From Vitrella brassicaformis CCMP3155 (taxonomy: Eukaryota; Protista; Chromerida), in contig CDMY01000648.1 in NCBI GenBank assembly GCA_001179505.1, forward strand, positions 1 to 36,746: DNA of 36,746 nt, written 5' to 3'. Shown here in pieces: positions 23,928 to 34,879 of the stretch; position 1 is the stretch's first letter, and every line of letters begins with the position of its first letter. The notes beneath the pieces were generated by a model. That model was not told the DNA's origin, ran no database searches, and saw only the letters and a list, made by a program, of their open reading frames with translations. Made by a program: the position numbers and the translations under genes.

Positions 23928-24463
23928 GTAGATGCAGGTGACAACAGAGCAGTCGTCTGCCGGTCGCATGCTCAGGTGTCGTCTTCAGCTTCTGTCCCTT
24001 GTGCGATCTCAGTCTCACACGTGGGGGGACACAGCAGGCAGAGAGAGAGCCTCGGTTGTCGCTAGTCCATGGAACCGATACACAGACAGACATGCAGTCG
24101 CAGCATGCATTTGTCAAGCCACCTACATATCTTTCTCGTGTGTGTGGCGGTGGATGAAGCCGGCGTTTTGGAGTCGTCACATCATGCAGCAGGTAGACTA
24201 CACATCATGTGGTTCATGCAGATTGTCCGAAAAGGACGAGCCAATGAGTCAAGGCATCGAGGCTGGCAAAGGGCCGAGACGAGCACTGACTAGCTAGGTG
24301 ATATCACATCGTACCAAAGCTGCGAGGGAGGGACGGGCTGTTAGAAGGAGGGGACGAGACAGACAATGAGGGCGAGTTTTTCCGTCGTGTGTGTGTGTCC
24401 ATGTGATGATGTGAGGACGGGCGCATGACTTTATGAATCACATGATGACTGGTGTGAAGTCCA

Positions 24464-27400
24464 TTACACGAACGGTGCGCGACTGAAGTTTTGGAGGATG
24501 GGGAAAGGATGTGCTTCTGTGGTTAGCACCCACTTGGACAAGTCAAGCCAACCAGTTTGAGGTCCGCTGGCGGCGTCTGGATGAGTCGGCTGTGCGAACA
24601 GCATGAAAAAGTACTTGAGGGTCTCGGCAGTCCAGAAAGATTCCATCTGATCCAGACGCTTCGGAGGCACCTGCCATATAGAACACACACACACAGTCAC
24701 AAAACTCATGCCAGCCCCTTCCTGTCTGCTTGCATCCAACAGACCTCTGTGACCGCTTCCAGAGCGGCGAAGGCAACGTCGGTCTTGCAGTGAGTGAGTA
24801 TGGCCTGGAGCATGGCAGCGCCCCACACGCGATACCTGGGGTCGCCCGTAAAGTAATGCAAATAGTACAGCGACTCCACGGCCTCAGGCCTACATGGCAA
24901 TCAAGGACAGGGTACTTGATCGTGTGCGTAAGTGGCACATCGATGGTTGAATCCCCTGGCCTTACCTGAGAAGATAGTGTGCCCCTCTGGCGGGATAGGT
25001 GAGGTCTTCTTTGTCCTCCATCTCCATCTCGGGCTTCAGACGGACAAACTCAGGACCCACGCCTATCAAGACGCGCATGTGCACCAGTCAAATAAGTGCT
25101 CCATACAAATTCTCACCCACCCACTGGCCCACCTGTGGGCGACCTGGCATACATGTGATAGCATGTCCGGGCCAGCCCGTGGGCCTGCGACCTCCACCGG
25201 GCCAGCTCTGCGGCAGTGACGTTCATGCCACTCCACAGCTGCCTGTTGTGGTCTTTCTCCAGCACATGCACTCCCAGAAGGACCATACCCGGCACAAAGC
25301 CTGCAGAGCATTGTGTTGGTCAGCGGAATACTCATAGACCCGCTGTGCTAACAGGTGAGGTGGTGGTGGAAGAAGTGTCTCGCTGGGCCCTCAACCTCAA
25401 AGAGAAAGAGCAGCCGCGACACCTTCGTTTCGCTCGTGAGGTACTCGAACATGTCTCGGACAGCGCTCACCCAGCCGTCCAGGAAGTGTTGTTCTGTCTG
25501 CACGCAATCGAAGAGACGGACTTGCAAGGCAGACGGGTTTCGTTCGGTCAATTCGGTAGATGCAAGCCGACCTCGTTTGTCTGAATGTACTGTTTGAGCA
25601 GGTATTCGTAGTATGAGTCTGACTCGCTGGACATCGATATCTTATAGCCACTGAACACTGACAAGACAAACAAAACAAAGCAAGAGCACGTGTTCGGTGC
25701 ATTTTCGCTTAGCGCACACGGGGGATCGGTCTTGCTTAGTCGGCATGGTAGTAAATGGACCTCGCTCGCTTCAGCAGCCTGATATGCCAACGTTTGGTAT
25801 TGGTAAGCAGTGGTCAGATACGATTTGCTCTCGTGTGCGTGGACCACCTTTCGAATGGCCCGCAGCGCTCGGTCCGCAGCTCTCTGAAATCTGAACAGCA
25901 GAACGGCTGCCGATGGATGAACCATCGCATACCACTCTGGCTGTACTGCCATGGCATGCCTGTTGTCTTTGGTGAGATATGACAGGTACCGCATCTCAAG
26001 CTGAATGCTGCCCTGCTCTGAAAGGATGGGGGCCTCCGTGTCCAACACAGCTGTGCCGTTGCCCAAAACAATCTCCCGGCTGAACCCAAATCGAGAGAGA
26101 GCAAAGACACAGACGAACTGACACAGTTGGCCGCGTTCCGGTCTAGCTTTCGACTGCTCGCATTACAGAAAAAACCCAGCCGGTGTGACGAATCCTTGCA
26201 GCAGGCGCATCCCCAGATCCTTTGCCTTGTCCAAGAACACACGCGAGCCGGACAGGGCGTGGGCGGAAAGCAGACCGGCCAGCAGCCGGATGGTGATCTC
26301 GAAGACGCTGCCACGCCCAGCCTTGTCGAGGTCCAAGTATTGTCGCACCCACGCCTCACCCTATATAGACAATACACACGGAAAATCGACTGACAGATGC
26401 CATCGTTGTGTGATGATTCGTATTCGTGTGTCTCTTCCAGCCCACCTGCCTGAACTCCTCGTGGAGGCCCATCAACCACAGAGTCGACAGCGAGTCGATC
26501 AGGGTAACTCCTGCACTGCATATGAGGAGAACAGCGCGTACAAATGAATGCCGCACAAGACACCTGTAGGAATGCCTGACCCGATCCAGTCCTTGTGTTT
26601 CTTTGACAATGGGAGAAGTTCGTCGTGTCCCCACGCAAAGAGCTTATACCCTCGCCAGCTATGTTGCATTGCAGAGACGGCCTGACGAACGGAAATCAAG
26701 GCCATATGCCAGCTGAGGGAATAATCATGATTTCTTTGTTACCTCTTCTTGCCAGTAGTCAGCGAAAGCCTGAGAGAGCAGAAGCTCTTCTTGGCTGAAG
26801 TTTGCCAGCCATGAGCGTGGGAATGCGCCGTCTTGAGTGGCCCCCGGCCCTTCCTTTTCACCCTTCCCGTGCTTTTCGCCCTTCTCTTGTTCAAAGATAG
26901 GCGAGGCGAGATGCGGGTCGCTTTGCCACTTTCGAGGGCCTCCACGCTCGGGTTCTCTGCTGTCACCGGATGAAGCGTGAAGGACATGTCTCACTCTGGT
27001 GAAGGTTGCTGCGTTTCGTGGCGTCAGGTCTGGGGCAAATGTGAGCCACATTGACACTTGCCACCAACTGGTTGGGTAATTGAAGCCATCCTGTGTGGAT
27101 GTATCGCCCCCGGCTGCCAATCTCACGGCCATGGCCGAAAGGAGAGGACTCTCCTGGCTGGCGTACAGGCTCAAGAGAGAAATGCTGTGGAAATCCAAGA
27201 TGCTGCTGACGTTCAGATGAGCGAGAGAGGGGGATGATGGCGTCAATGCCACAGTGCTCAGGGGAAAGCTGATCAGCCGCGCCTCTGCTACATTTCCACG
27301 TAGCCCAGCCATGCGATAGGCCATTCCCGAAGGATTGGCTCTCTCCAATATGCTTTCAGTGGACGGTGGCTGCCCTAGAATGAAAGACGAAAGCAGCTGG

Positions 27401-28314
27401 TCAGCCACGCGCCTTTTCTCCGTCGCCCCTCGCCTTGTGGTGGCCCAATACAGCACTGCAGGCAAGGAATTAACAGCCGCCCAAGCGCGATGGATCCCAG
27501 CGAATAGCCAGTGAGACGGCCAGCCCCTCTTGAGTCGTCCGTGCTCCCTCCCAGCGATACCATCCACAGACACACATTCTGGTGCAGAGTCGAGCGGGGA
27601 GAGAAGGCCAGAGTCCGCCACGACGGTTTCATTGGACAGGACAAGAAGGCGCATCGTCGGCAGAGAACGAGAAGACGGGGAACACTGCGATCGCAGCACT
27701 GCAAACCCAATGCGGCTCCACAAGCGAGGAGCCACCACAGGATGGGAGCTGCGAAGACGAACAGTGCGACTTCTTTTCCTTGAGACCTGGAGCTGGGCCC
27801 GTCCGTCATCAAGGATGCTGAAAGCAAAGGCGATGCCGTCGGACAGGCCCTGTTGGCCGCAGCACGACCCTTCGACCCATCCATCGCTGGCAAAGACAAC
27901 CGACGCTGTCAAGCTCTCTCCGGGACTCCATTGCAACACACCGGAGAACACCAAGCTGCCGTGGGCTGGAATGGACGTCGAGCACAGCAGTGCATCTTGT
28001 CCAGAGAAGGCAAACATTCCTCGGTAGATTGGGCGGTCCTCATCATGGTGGAAAGCTGAAGACGCTACCGGAGGCCGCCGAGCCGCAGGGACGTCCACAG
28101 GGGCATGCGACGGCCCGGATTTGCCAGGGGAGAAGGAATCCATGTAGATGGTGCCGATGAGCCACAACAATGCAGCTCCCGCCATCGCCGCAGCAAGGAA
28201 CTGGTGGAACATACTGCCTCCCTCATTCGGCTGTCGTTGTGTGGCTGGTCCATTTCTCTTGTCGTGGATTGGCAGAGAAGGGGGCGACGAATGACGTCGA
28301 CGCCGCAGCTCCAT
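24464..28314 (-). CDS. Class I alpha-1,2-mannosidase (glycoside hydrolase family 47), type II membrane protein with a long N-terminal region
   Basis: Spliced motifs: AMQHSWRGYKLFAWGHDELLP, GVTLIDSLSTLWLMGL, SVFEITIRLLAGLLSA, EQGSIQLEMRYLS, SDSYYEYLLK, HLTCFVPGM, GVGPE, YLLRPEAVES, DQMESFWTAETLKY, WVLTTEAHP. Stop TAA at 24466-24464. The catalytic E/D/E and Ca-binding T positions are all present. TM segment FLAAAMAGAALLWLIGTIYM. One donor near 25770 is unresolved. Confidence 0.93.
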
Positions 28315-28388
28315 TGCTGGCCTCTCGACTCCCCATTTCCCCGCTTCCGCTTGTAAATTCTGTCAGGGCATCAGCTTGTTAGTACCAA
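28315..28388. promoter_or_regulatory. Putative bidirectional promoter between GH47 and SKA1
   Basis: Only 74 nt lie between the first ATGs of the two divergent genes. Confidence 0.45.
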
Positions 28389-29773
28389 ATGGTGGACCTA
28401 GTGGCGTCAGAATTCTCTCGTCGCGTGCATCGTGTGAAGGATCTGGCCCTCCTCTCATCGGCGGATGAAAAGAGCCCTGCTCACCTGACGGCCCTTCACG
28501 CTGCACTCACCGATGCAGAGCGCGTGGCAGAGCTTCTGGAGGGTCGACTCGAGGACGAACGTGCACACCTCAAGACGCTGCAGGTGGCCCATCGACAGAT
28601 AATCAACAGCTGAAAGCAGACGCCAGATCTCTGATATGTGGATGGATGGTGTGTGCAGGATGCTTACGATGCGAGCGTGAAGGCACAACAGGAGACTATC
28701 AGCCCTCTGGTCGCCATCGCATCTCGCGTTTGCACCGGGACAGCGAACCTGACCCACGCGGCGTACGTATGCAACCATGTGATGCAACCATGATGTTGTT
28801 GACGTCACAATGACGGTCACATCGCACTTGTGGGGGTGGTTCAGTGTATGCATCGGGTGGGTGGTGGTCTCTGTGTGCAGGTGTGAGGGCGGGAAGGAGT
28901 CACCCCACAACCCACAACCACAGCCACCAGTAGCTGCAGTAGCAGGCCGGAAGGACACAAACCGGCGGCAGGTGAGAGGGTGCAGGGAAAGGGGCAGCTG
29001 CATGATTGCGCAAAGAAGATGTGCATATCTGTGCTGCTCTTGTTGCGTGTGGTGGGCGCATGGTGCAGGTGCCGGCCATCCGCAAGGTGACGGAGCACGA
29101 GCTCAACAGCGTACCACAATACCAGCGAGGCCGTCTATCGCTAGACGTCAGCCACCCTTTCACCCATGAGGTGCATTCACTCATGTCTGCCTGCCTGTAT
29201 GGCGTGGCGTCGTGTGCAGCGTCTCAATCGCGCCATAGATGCCCTGGACGCGTTCTTGGTGCGCAAGTATCGGCTGCTGGACACTTCGCCCGACAAGCTC
29301 AGGACAGCCGACGATATCCGCGACGCACATGTACGTGACGGTGACGTCGGCTGACTGATGCATACAGACAAATAGACAGACAGACAGACAGACAGGTGGA
29401 TGGATGGATGGATGGATGAGACCGTCACTGTCTGTCTATGTGTGTGAATAATCCATCCATCAGGCGTACCGCAAGGGTGAGAGTCGCGATCTGAGGAAGT
29501 ATATCTGTTTCAGTGACGACGACGCCAAAACAATCGACGCCATCCGCCTCGATGCAACAGGTGAGCCACGGAGATGTCAGCCATTGAATTTCAGACACCT
29601 GTTTTTTCGTGTGACGGACGCCTCTCTTTGTGTGCCCCGCTTGCCTGTGGGTGTTCTGTGCAGGTCGATGTGTGTTGTCGTGTCTGCGCGCGTTGCGGCG
29701 CATCCACGTGGTCAAGGTGGGGGGCTGCTCAATGATGACATACGCCCTCACTCGCGACACGGCCGACCAGTGA
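28389..29773 (+). CDS. SKA1: Spindle and kinetochore-associated protein 1 (SKA1), 7 exons
   Basis: N-terminal coiled coil (AERVAELLEGRLEDERAHLKTLQ) and a Pro-rich linker. The C-terminal domain reads IRKVTEHELNSVPQYQRGRLSLD|RLNRAIDALDAFLVRKYRLL...|AYRKGESRDLRKYICFSDDDAK...LDATG|RCVLSCLRALRRIHVVKVGG. This matches the SKA1 microtubule-binding domain pattern. TGA at 29771-29773. Confidence 0.8.
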
Positions 29774-30232
29774 CTGAGGGACCGACGTGTAGAAAGCAGC
29801 GGATGGGTGAGTCAGTGGCTGGTATTATGTATGTAGCCGCGCCAGTGGGTGGGTGTGTGTAGCTTCAGCGGGGCCGTGGACATGATGGCTCCCTTCACGG
29901 CGTGTTGATTGAGTCGATGATCCATTCGCTGGCTTCCCCCCACTCTCACCGTGTCCGTCCTTCTGCCTCAACTTGCAGACACAATGGTCTGGCCGTTTCC
30001 TCAGGCTCAGACCGATCACACACATACGATGACCGAAGAAATGCCTGTCCACTATCATCTTGGAAGGGGATGGGCGCATTTCGGTGGGCGTCTCGCCCCC
30101 TCGGGCGTCTCGCCGAAATCCCCGAGACATCCCCCGCCTAGCAGCTCTTTGCGTCCGTCCGTAGCAGTCTTTGCGTCCGTCCAAACATCTCTAAGTGGCC
30201 CGAGTGTACGCACACATCGTTTCCGACATTCG

Positions 30233-30967
30233 ATGCGTCGTTTCAACTTCGCTGCCGTCCTGTTGGTCGGCCTCTCCGCCATCGGGCAGCCTCTCCTGGC
30301 GGCCCAGCGCAACTATGACCGACGTAAGCCAAGCGGGGGCACACACACCGCCGGCATGCATCATGGCAGGTCGACCTGCTTCCATTGTGTGCATTTGTAT
30401 GGCTGTTTTCTGTGATGTATGGCCCTAGAGATGTCGGTGGCCGCTCATGAGCTCGGTAGGTGACCGCCCCCACCCACCTCAGACTGCCCTGCCATCCCAC
30501 ATTGCAATGTGGCGTGTGTTGGCAGGTGCCCCGCAGATTTCATCGGTGCAGCTGCAGCTCAACCACACCATGGCCACCCTTACTGCGGCCCACGAACTGA
30601 ACACTGCCGCCGTCCGGCTGATCCGCACAGCCGCAACCAGCTTTGATAACGCCCACCGCATGTTCAAGCTGTGCCCCGACCAGAATGGTGAGTGATCAAG
30701 TCCACACGCACATACATATGCTCCTTTTGTAGAGACCAATGTCATTCGTGTGCCTGGCAGTCTGCGACGTTCCTTATTCCTTCCCTGAAGCCGCCATGGC
30801 TCACATGAACACCACTCAACTTGAAAACGGTCAGAGATACTTCCCACCCTCTGTGAATGCCTGTGTGCATGTGTATCTCTCTGTTAATGTATGTGTGTGT
30901 GCATACCGCAGCACAGAAGCCGACGAAAGAGGCCGGCGGATACACGCAGGATGGTGGGCCAGCATAA
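30233..30967 (+). CDS. Small secreted protein of unknown function, about 135 aa, 5 exons
   Basis: Signal-peptide-like start MRRFNFAAVLLVGLSAIGQPLLA. The phase-consistent chain continues QMSVAAHEL|GAPQISSVQLQLNHTMATL...KLCPDQN|VCDVPYSFPEAAMAHMNTTQLEN|AQKPTKEAGGYTQDGGPA*. The fourth acceptor is uncertain; an alternative stop lies at 30788. Confidence 0.55.
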
Positions 30968-31025
30968 CATCAGCCACGCCTTCATGTTTTGCATGTCTTA
31001 TGGCGTCATGTCTTCCCTCGAATGC

Positions 31026-31966
31026 ATGTCTGTGTTGCGGCGTTCTGTTAAAGGGGAGACGGCAGGCAACACATCATCGTCCTCACAAGAGCCGGGGGAT
31101 CTCTTGTTCCAATTCATTGCTCATCATCTAGACAAGTCACTCGAACAACGCGACCGCTCGGATACAACAAGCTGGGGTACTGTTCTTGACGCTGGCACCG
31201 GAATGCACTCTCTGGCGTGGCTTGTGGCGCAGCAGAAGAAAACTGCGAAGCTTGTCGCCGTCACAGCGAGTCCAAGTCAGGCCGAGGCCCTACAGCAACA
31301 ATTCAAGGATAAGCTGCGGCCCCAAGATGAGATACTCACTGGAGATTGGGCCGATTCGACATTTCTCAGCAACTTTCAAGCCGATGTCATTGCCGCCGAC
31401 TACCTCATCGGGGCAATAGACGGATTCTCACCTTATTTTCAAGATCGAATCTTTTCTCGCCTCGTTCAGCACCTCAAGCCGGGCGGATGGCTGTACGTTG
31501 TCGGACTTGAACCGTTCTCGAACAGCGAGCCGACGTCCAAGGCGACCGAGCTCCTCCAGCAAGTTGCGAGAGTCCGAGATGCGTGTATTCTTCTCGCTGG
31601 CCATCGATGCTACCGTGAGTATCCGCAGGAATGGGTTCATCGTCAACTAGAGCAGGTCAAATGTCGTATGGACGCGAGCGAGCGATGGCCCAATGTCTAT
31701 TCAGCTCGACAAGTCGAGCGTCAGGTTCGTCTTCAACTTAGCTAATGGCAGATTCTCCACCTCCTTCTTGACTTTGGTGGTTGTAGATCCAAGTGGGGAG
31801 GGACAAATTGCCCTTCTTTCCCGATACTCAGCTTGCCGATGAAATGGCGAAGTATCTCGACCAATTGTCCCAAGAGACACGGAAGCCTTGCAGCAACGAC
31901 CAGACGCACTCGTTTGGGTTTGACTATGTCGTCTGCGCCGAACACCAGCCAGAAAGCTCGTCATAG
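31026..31966 (+). CDS. Class I SAM-dependent methyltransferase, bacterial-like; one intron at 31725-31786
   Basis: Motif I VLDAGTG, then GDW, DVIAADYLIGAIDGFSPYFQ, LKPGGWLYVVGLEP and RDACILLAGHRCYREYP. Splicing after VERQ gives IQVGRDKLPFF...LADEMAKYL...FGFDYVVCA, ending at TAG 31964-31966. The start codon is uncertain (30952-31026). Confidence 0.85.
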
Positions 31967-32607
31967 CTAAAAAGCAAGTATGCGTTACTAGCATCGACAG
32001 AGACAATGAGACGCTAGTTGAAATACACATGTACAAGTCAATACTTGTCGCTCTAATATACACAAATGCATCCGTCCGTGTACGTGGAAGTCCACCCATC
32101 CACCACACACAGCAATTAACCGCCACCTGCCTTTTCCAGCTGCCATGCATGATGGATGCATGCATGTATTCATTCAGTCCTGGTCTGTCTGTCTGTCTCT
32201 TCACAAGCAAGGGGCGGCGACACACACCTCCTGACACTCTTGCGGCACACACCTCACCTTGGCTTGATCACAGCCCCATGCGCGTGGCATCACAAGCACA
32301 CGTAGCGGATGGGTGCACTGGGTGACTGTGTGTACAATCAAACGCGGCGCATACACAACACGCTGGCCACACGTGTCTCTCTCGACGTCTGTTGTTCTGC
32401 CCATGTAGGTCTTGTGAATGGTCCGGGCAGCGTGGGGTGTATATTGGAGGGGAGTCTCGATTGCCCTCCTCCTTCTCACTGCGGGGGCTCTCACTCGTCG
32501 CTTCTCATCAGTACTGGCTGCGTGGCGAACCGGGACAAACGGCATGCCCGGCAAACAGGGACGACAACGGAGAGAAAGGCGCGGACGACGCGCGAACAAA
32601 TCATTTC

Positions 32608-32662
32608 CCTACCTGCCTACCTGCCTTCCTGCCTCCCTGCCTCCCTGCCTCCCTGCCTCCCT
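32608..32662. repeat. (CCTGCCTC)-type octamer simple repeat
   Basis: cctacctgcctacctgccttcctgcctccctgcctccctgcctccctgcctccc is directly visible. Confidence 0.8.
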
Positions 32663-32732
32663 CCGTCCCGGTGTGCCTGCCTGCTGGCTGCCTCCGTCTT
32701 TCACCCGACTGATGTGCTCTTGAGTAGGTCGG

Positions 32733-32990
32733 TCACAGTGTCGAGGCGGCCAACCATCTCTGCTCCCCTATGCGGTCAGCCACCTCTGCTCTCAACCCTT
32801 GCCAAAGAGAAAAAGAAAGAGGAACTGACATGAGGGCATCGATGGATGTGCAGACCCTACTTACCTTTTTGTCGATCATGTCGCGTTTGACGTTGTCCCA
32901 GGGCTCTTTGTCGAGCTTGTCGTTGGCCGAGCAGATGGGGCGGAACTTCTGCTGCGGTATGGCATGCCACACACTTCCGTGATCGCTTCC
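32733..32990 (-). pseudogene. HARS: Isolated two-exon fragment of histidyl-tRNA synthetase (eukaryotic insertion domain)
   Basis: QQKFRPICSANDKLDKEPWDNVKRDMIDKK|GLRAEVADRIGE (intron 32864-32798). This matches eukaryotic HisRS [40 protein letters not shown] as recalled. A stop follows about 10 codons later, and no other HisRS motifs were found in the window. Confidence 0.8.
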
Positions 32991-34879
32991 AACAGCTTCC
33001 TGACACAAGGATGCGCACATTCACAGCTCCACTGACCCACTCACTCGCCCACCCACCTGTGTTTGACTTTGACTTGGCAGCCCCCATTGGGAAAGAGTCG
33101 GTCCAAAATCTCTGACTCCCCATTCTTTTCCTATGCTGAGTAGCCAAGATACACAACACGTGCAATCCATACAGTGCTCATGTCTCTCTCTCTCTGTGCG
33201 TTCCTGTGTGCCCACTCAGAGACACACAGTGTCGTTGGCGATCCGAGCACCCTTAAGGGATGGCCTCTGCACTAATCGCTTTCGCCGGTCCGACAGATGC
33301 TCGGCTTCGGGCCTCGCCTTCGTGTCTCACTAAATGGGATATCGACAGTCCACTTGCTGTATCGACAAGCTGCTTGCTGTCGCGCAGTTCTGAGTGACTG
33401 ACAGACAGACTGGCGACTGAAGCCGCCTCCTGCGTTCTCATTCCAGCCGCTCTGCTTAACTGAGCGATTGATGCTTCAGCCAACAGCACTTCAACCACCT
33501 ATGCATCCATCTCTCGTTTAAAAGAAAACAGCTAAGAAGAGCAAGCAAAAGGAAAACAGGGAAAGAGAAAAAAGAAGGGGAAAAATGAGAGAAGAAACGG
33601 GCCGTTGTGGACGTTGTACGCTGTGTCTTCCCCAATCCAATCCACCTGCCAACCATTTCTATGCATTCTTTCTGCCTACTTGTTGGCTGATGTGTCTTTT
33701 CCTGGGGCTAACCACCCCGGCTTGAAGGATTGTGTGTGGCTCTGCTGCTGAGTGGGAGAGCCATTCATCAAACTGAAATCACGAAACATCACTCACACGA
33801 GAAAGTGAGAGACACACTCATGACACGCACGATGCGGTGTGGCGTCTCGCTGTCTCTTTCTCTCTCTCTGCCTGCCTCGTGTCGGTGTTAGCGCACCGTG
33901 TCGGCCACTGGAGGGCCGTGCTTCTGAGGAAACTGTGATGGCTCGCCGCCAAATATCGGCGTCGTCCTTAGACGGGAACCATTGGCGAAAAGCGCTCAAT
34001 GAGGGTGGGATGAGAATGAGATTGGTGGTCGGTGGTCAAATGGAGAGAAGCTTCCAGAACAGACCACTTTGAGTACGTTGATGCTACACAAACCATTTAT
34101 TTGTCTCGTGGCGTGGCAGGGACCGTCCGTTCGATCGTCGATGAAAAGCAAGAGAACAAGCAGCCAGGCAGGTAGTGAATGACGAATGTCTCCTTCCACT
34201 CCTATGGGTGCGGGACCGGTGCTTGCTTAAGCTTCCTTTCCTCTCTCGTCACCTTTTTACTGACTCACGTGACTCTCTGCTGACCTGACGTGCGTATCTT
34301 TTGCTGTCCGTCCGGCTGTGTGTGGTGTGTGGTGTGTGCGCTTTTTGACGCGCACACACGGAGAGAGAGGTTGGTCTTTTAGAGAGATGCAGAGTGTGCG
34401 TGTGTACGTAGTGGGCCGGTAAGGTCAGTGCTGTCCGTCAGTCAGTCAGTCGGTCCGTCAGCACGCACATAAACTGACTGAAATGTGCGGGGCACATTGA
34501 TATGGTCGAGGACCGGAAGCGCTGTCGCCGTCTTGTGCAGACATCATCACTATAGACCACACACACACACACAGAGGTGCTGTGTGGTGTATCCCTGCCC
34601 ATCCATTCACTCACCTTCCACGGTGAGACGATGGACGGCCGCTAACGGCCGCGGATCTACAGACGGAATGGAGGGAAACCAGATCTTCAGTGCAACTATG
34701 ACAAAGGAGTCACACTCCGTCGCGTACCAACCCACATACGACAATTCCCCACAAATGCCGCATCGCAGGGCGATCGCCGCCAAGCTCGCAAAGGAGGGGA
34801 CTATGCGCAAGTGGACTCCCCGATTTTGCGCTCTTTTTTCTTCGCGCAGCGGCTTCCGCGTACCATCGCAAGAGTAGAA

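Noticed and set aside
32149-32170. TGCATGCA (ApiAP2-type motif), also near 12574 and 14077
   Set aside because: Embedded in ATGC/ATGG-rich simple sequence and not clearly positioned at promoters.
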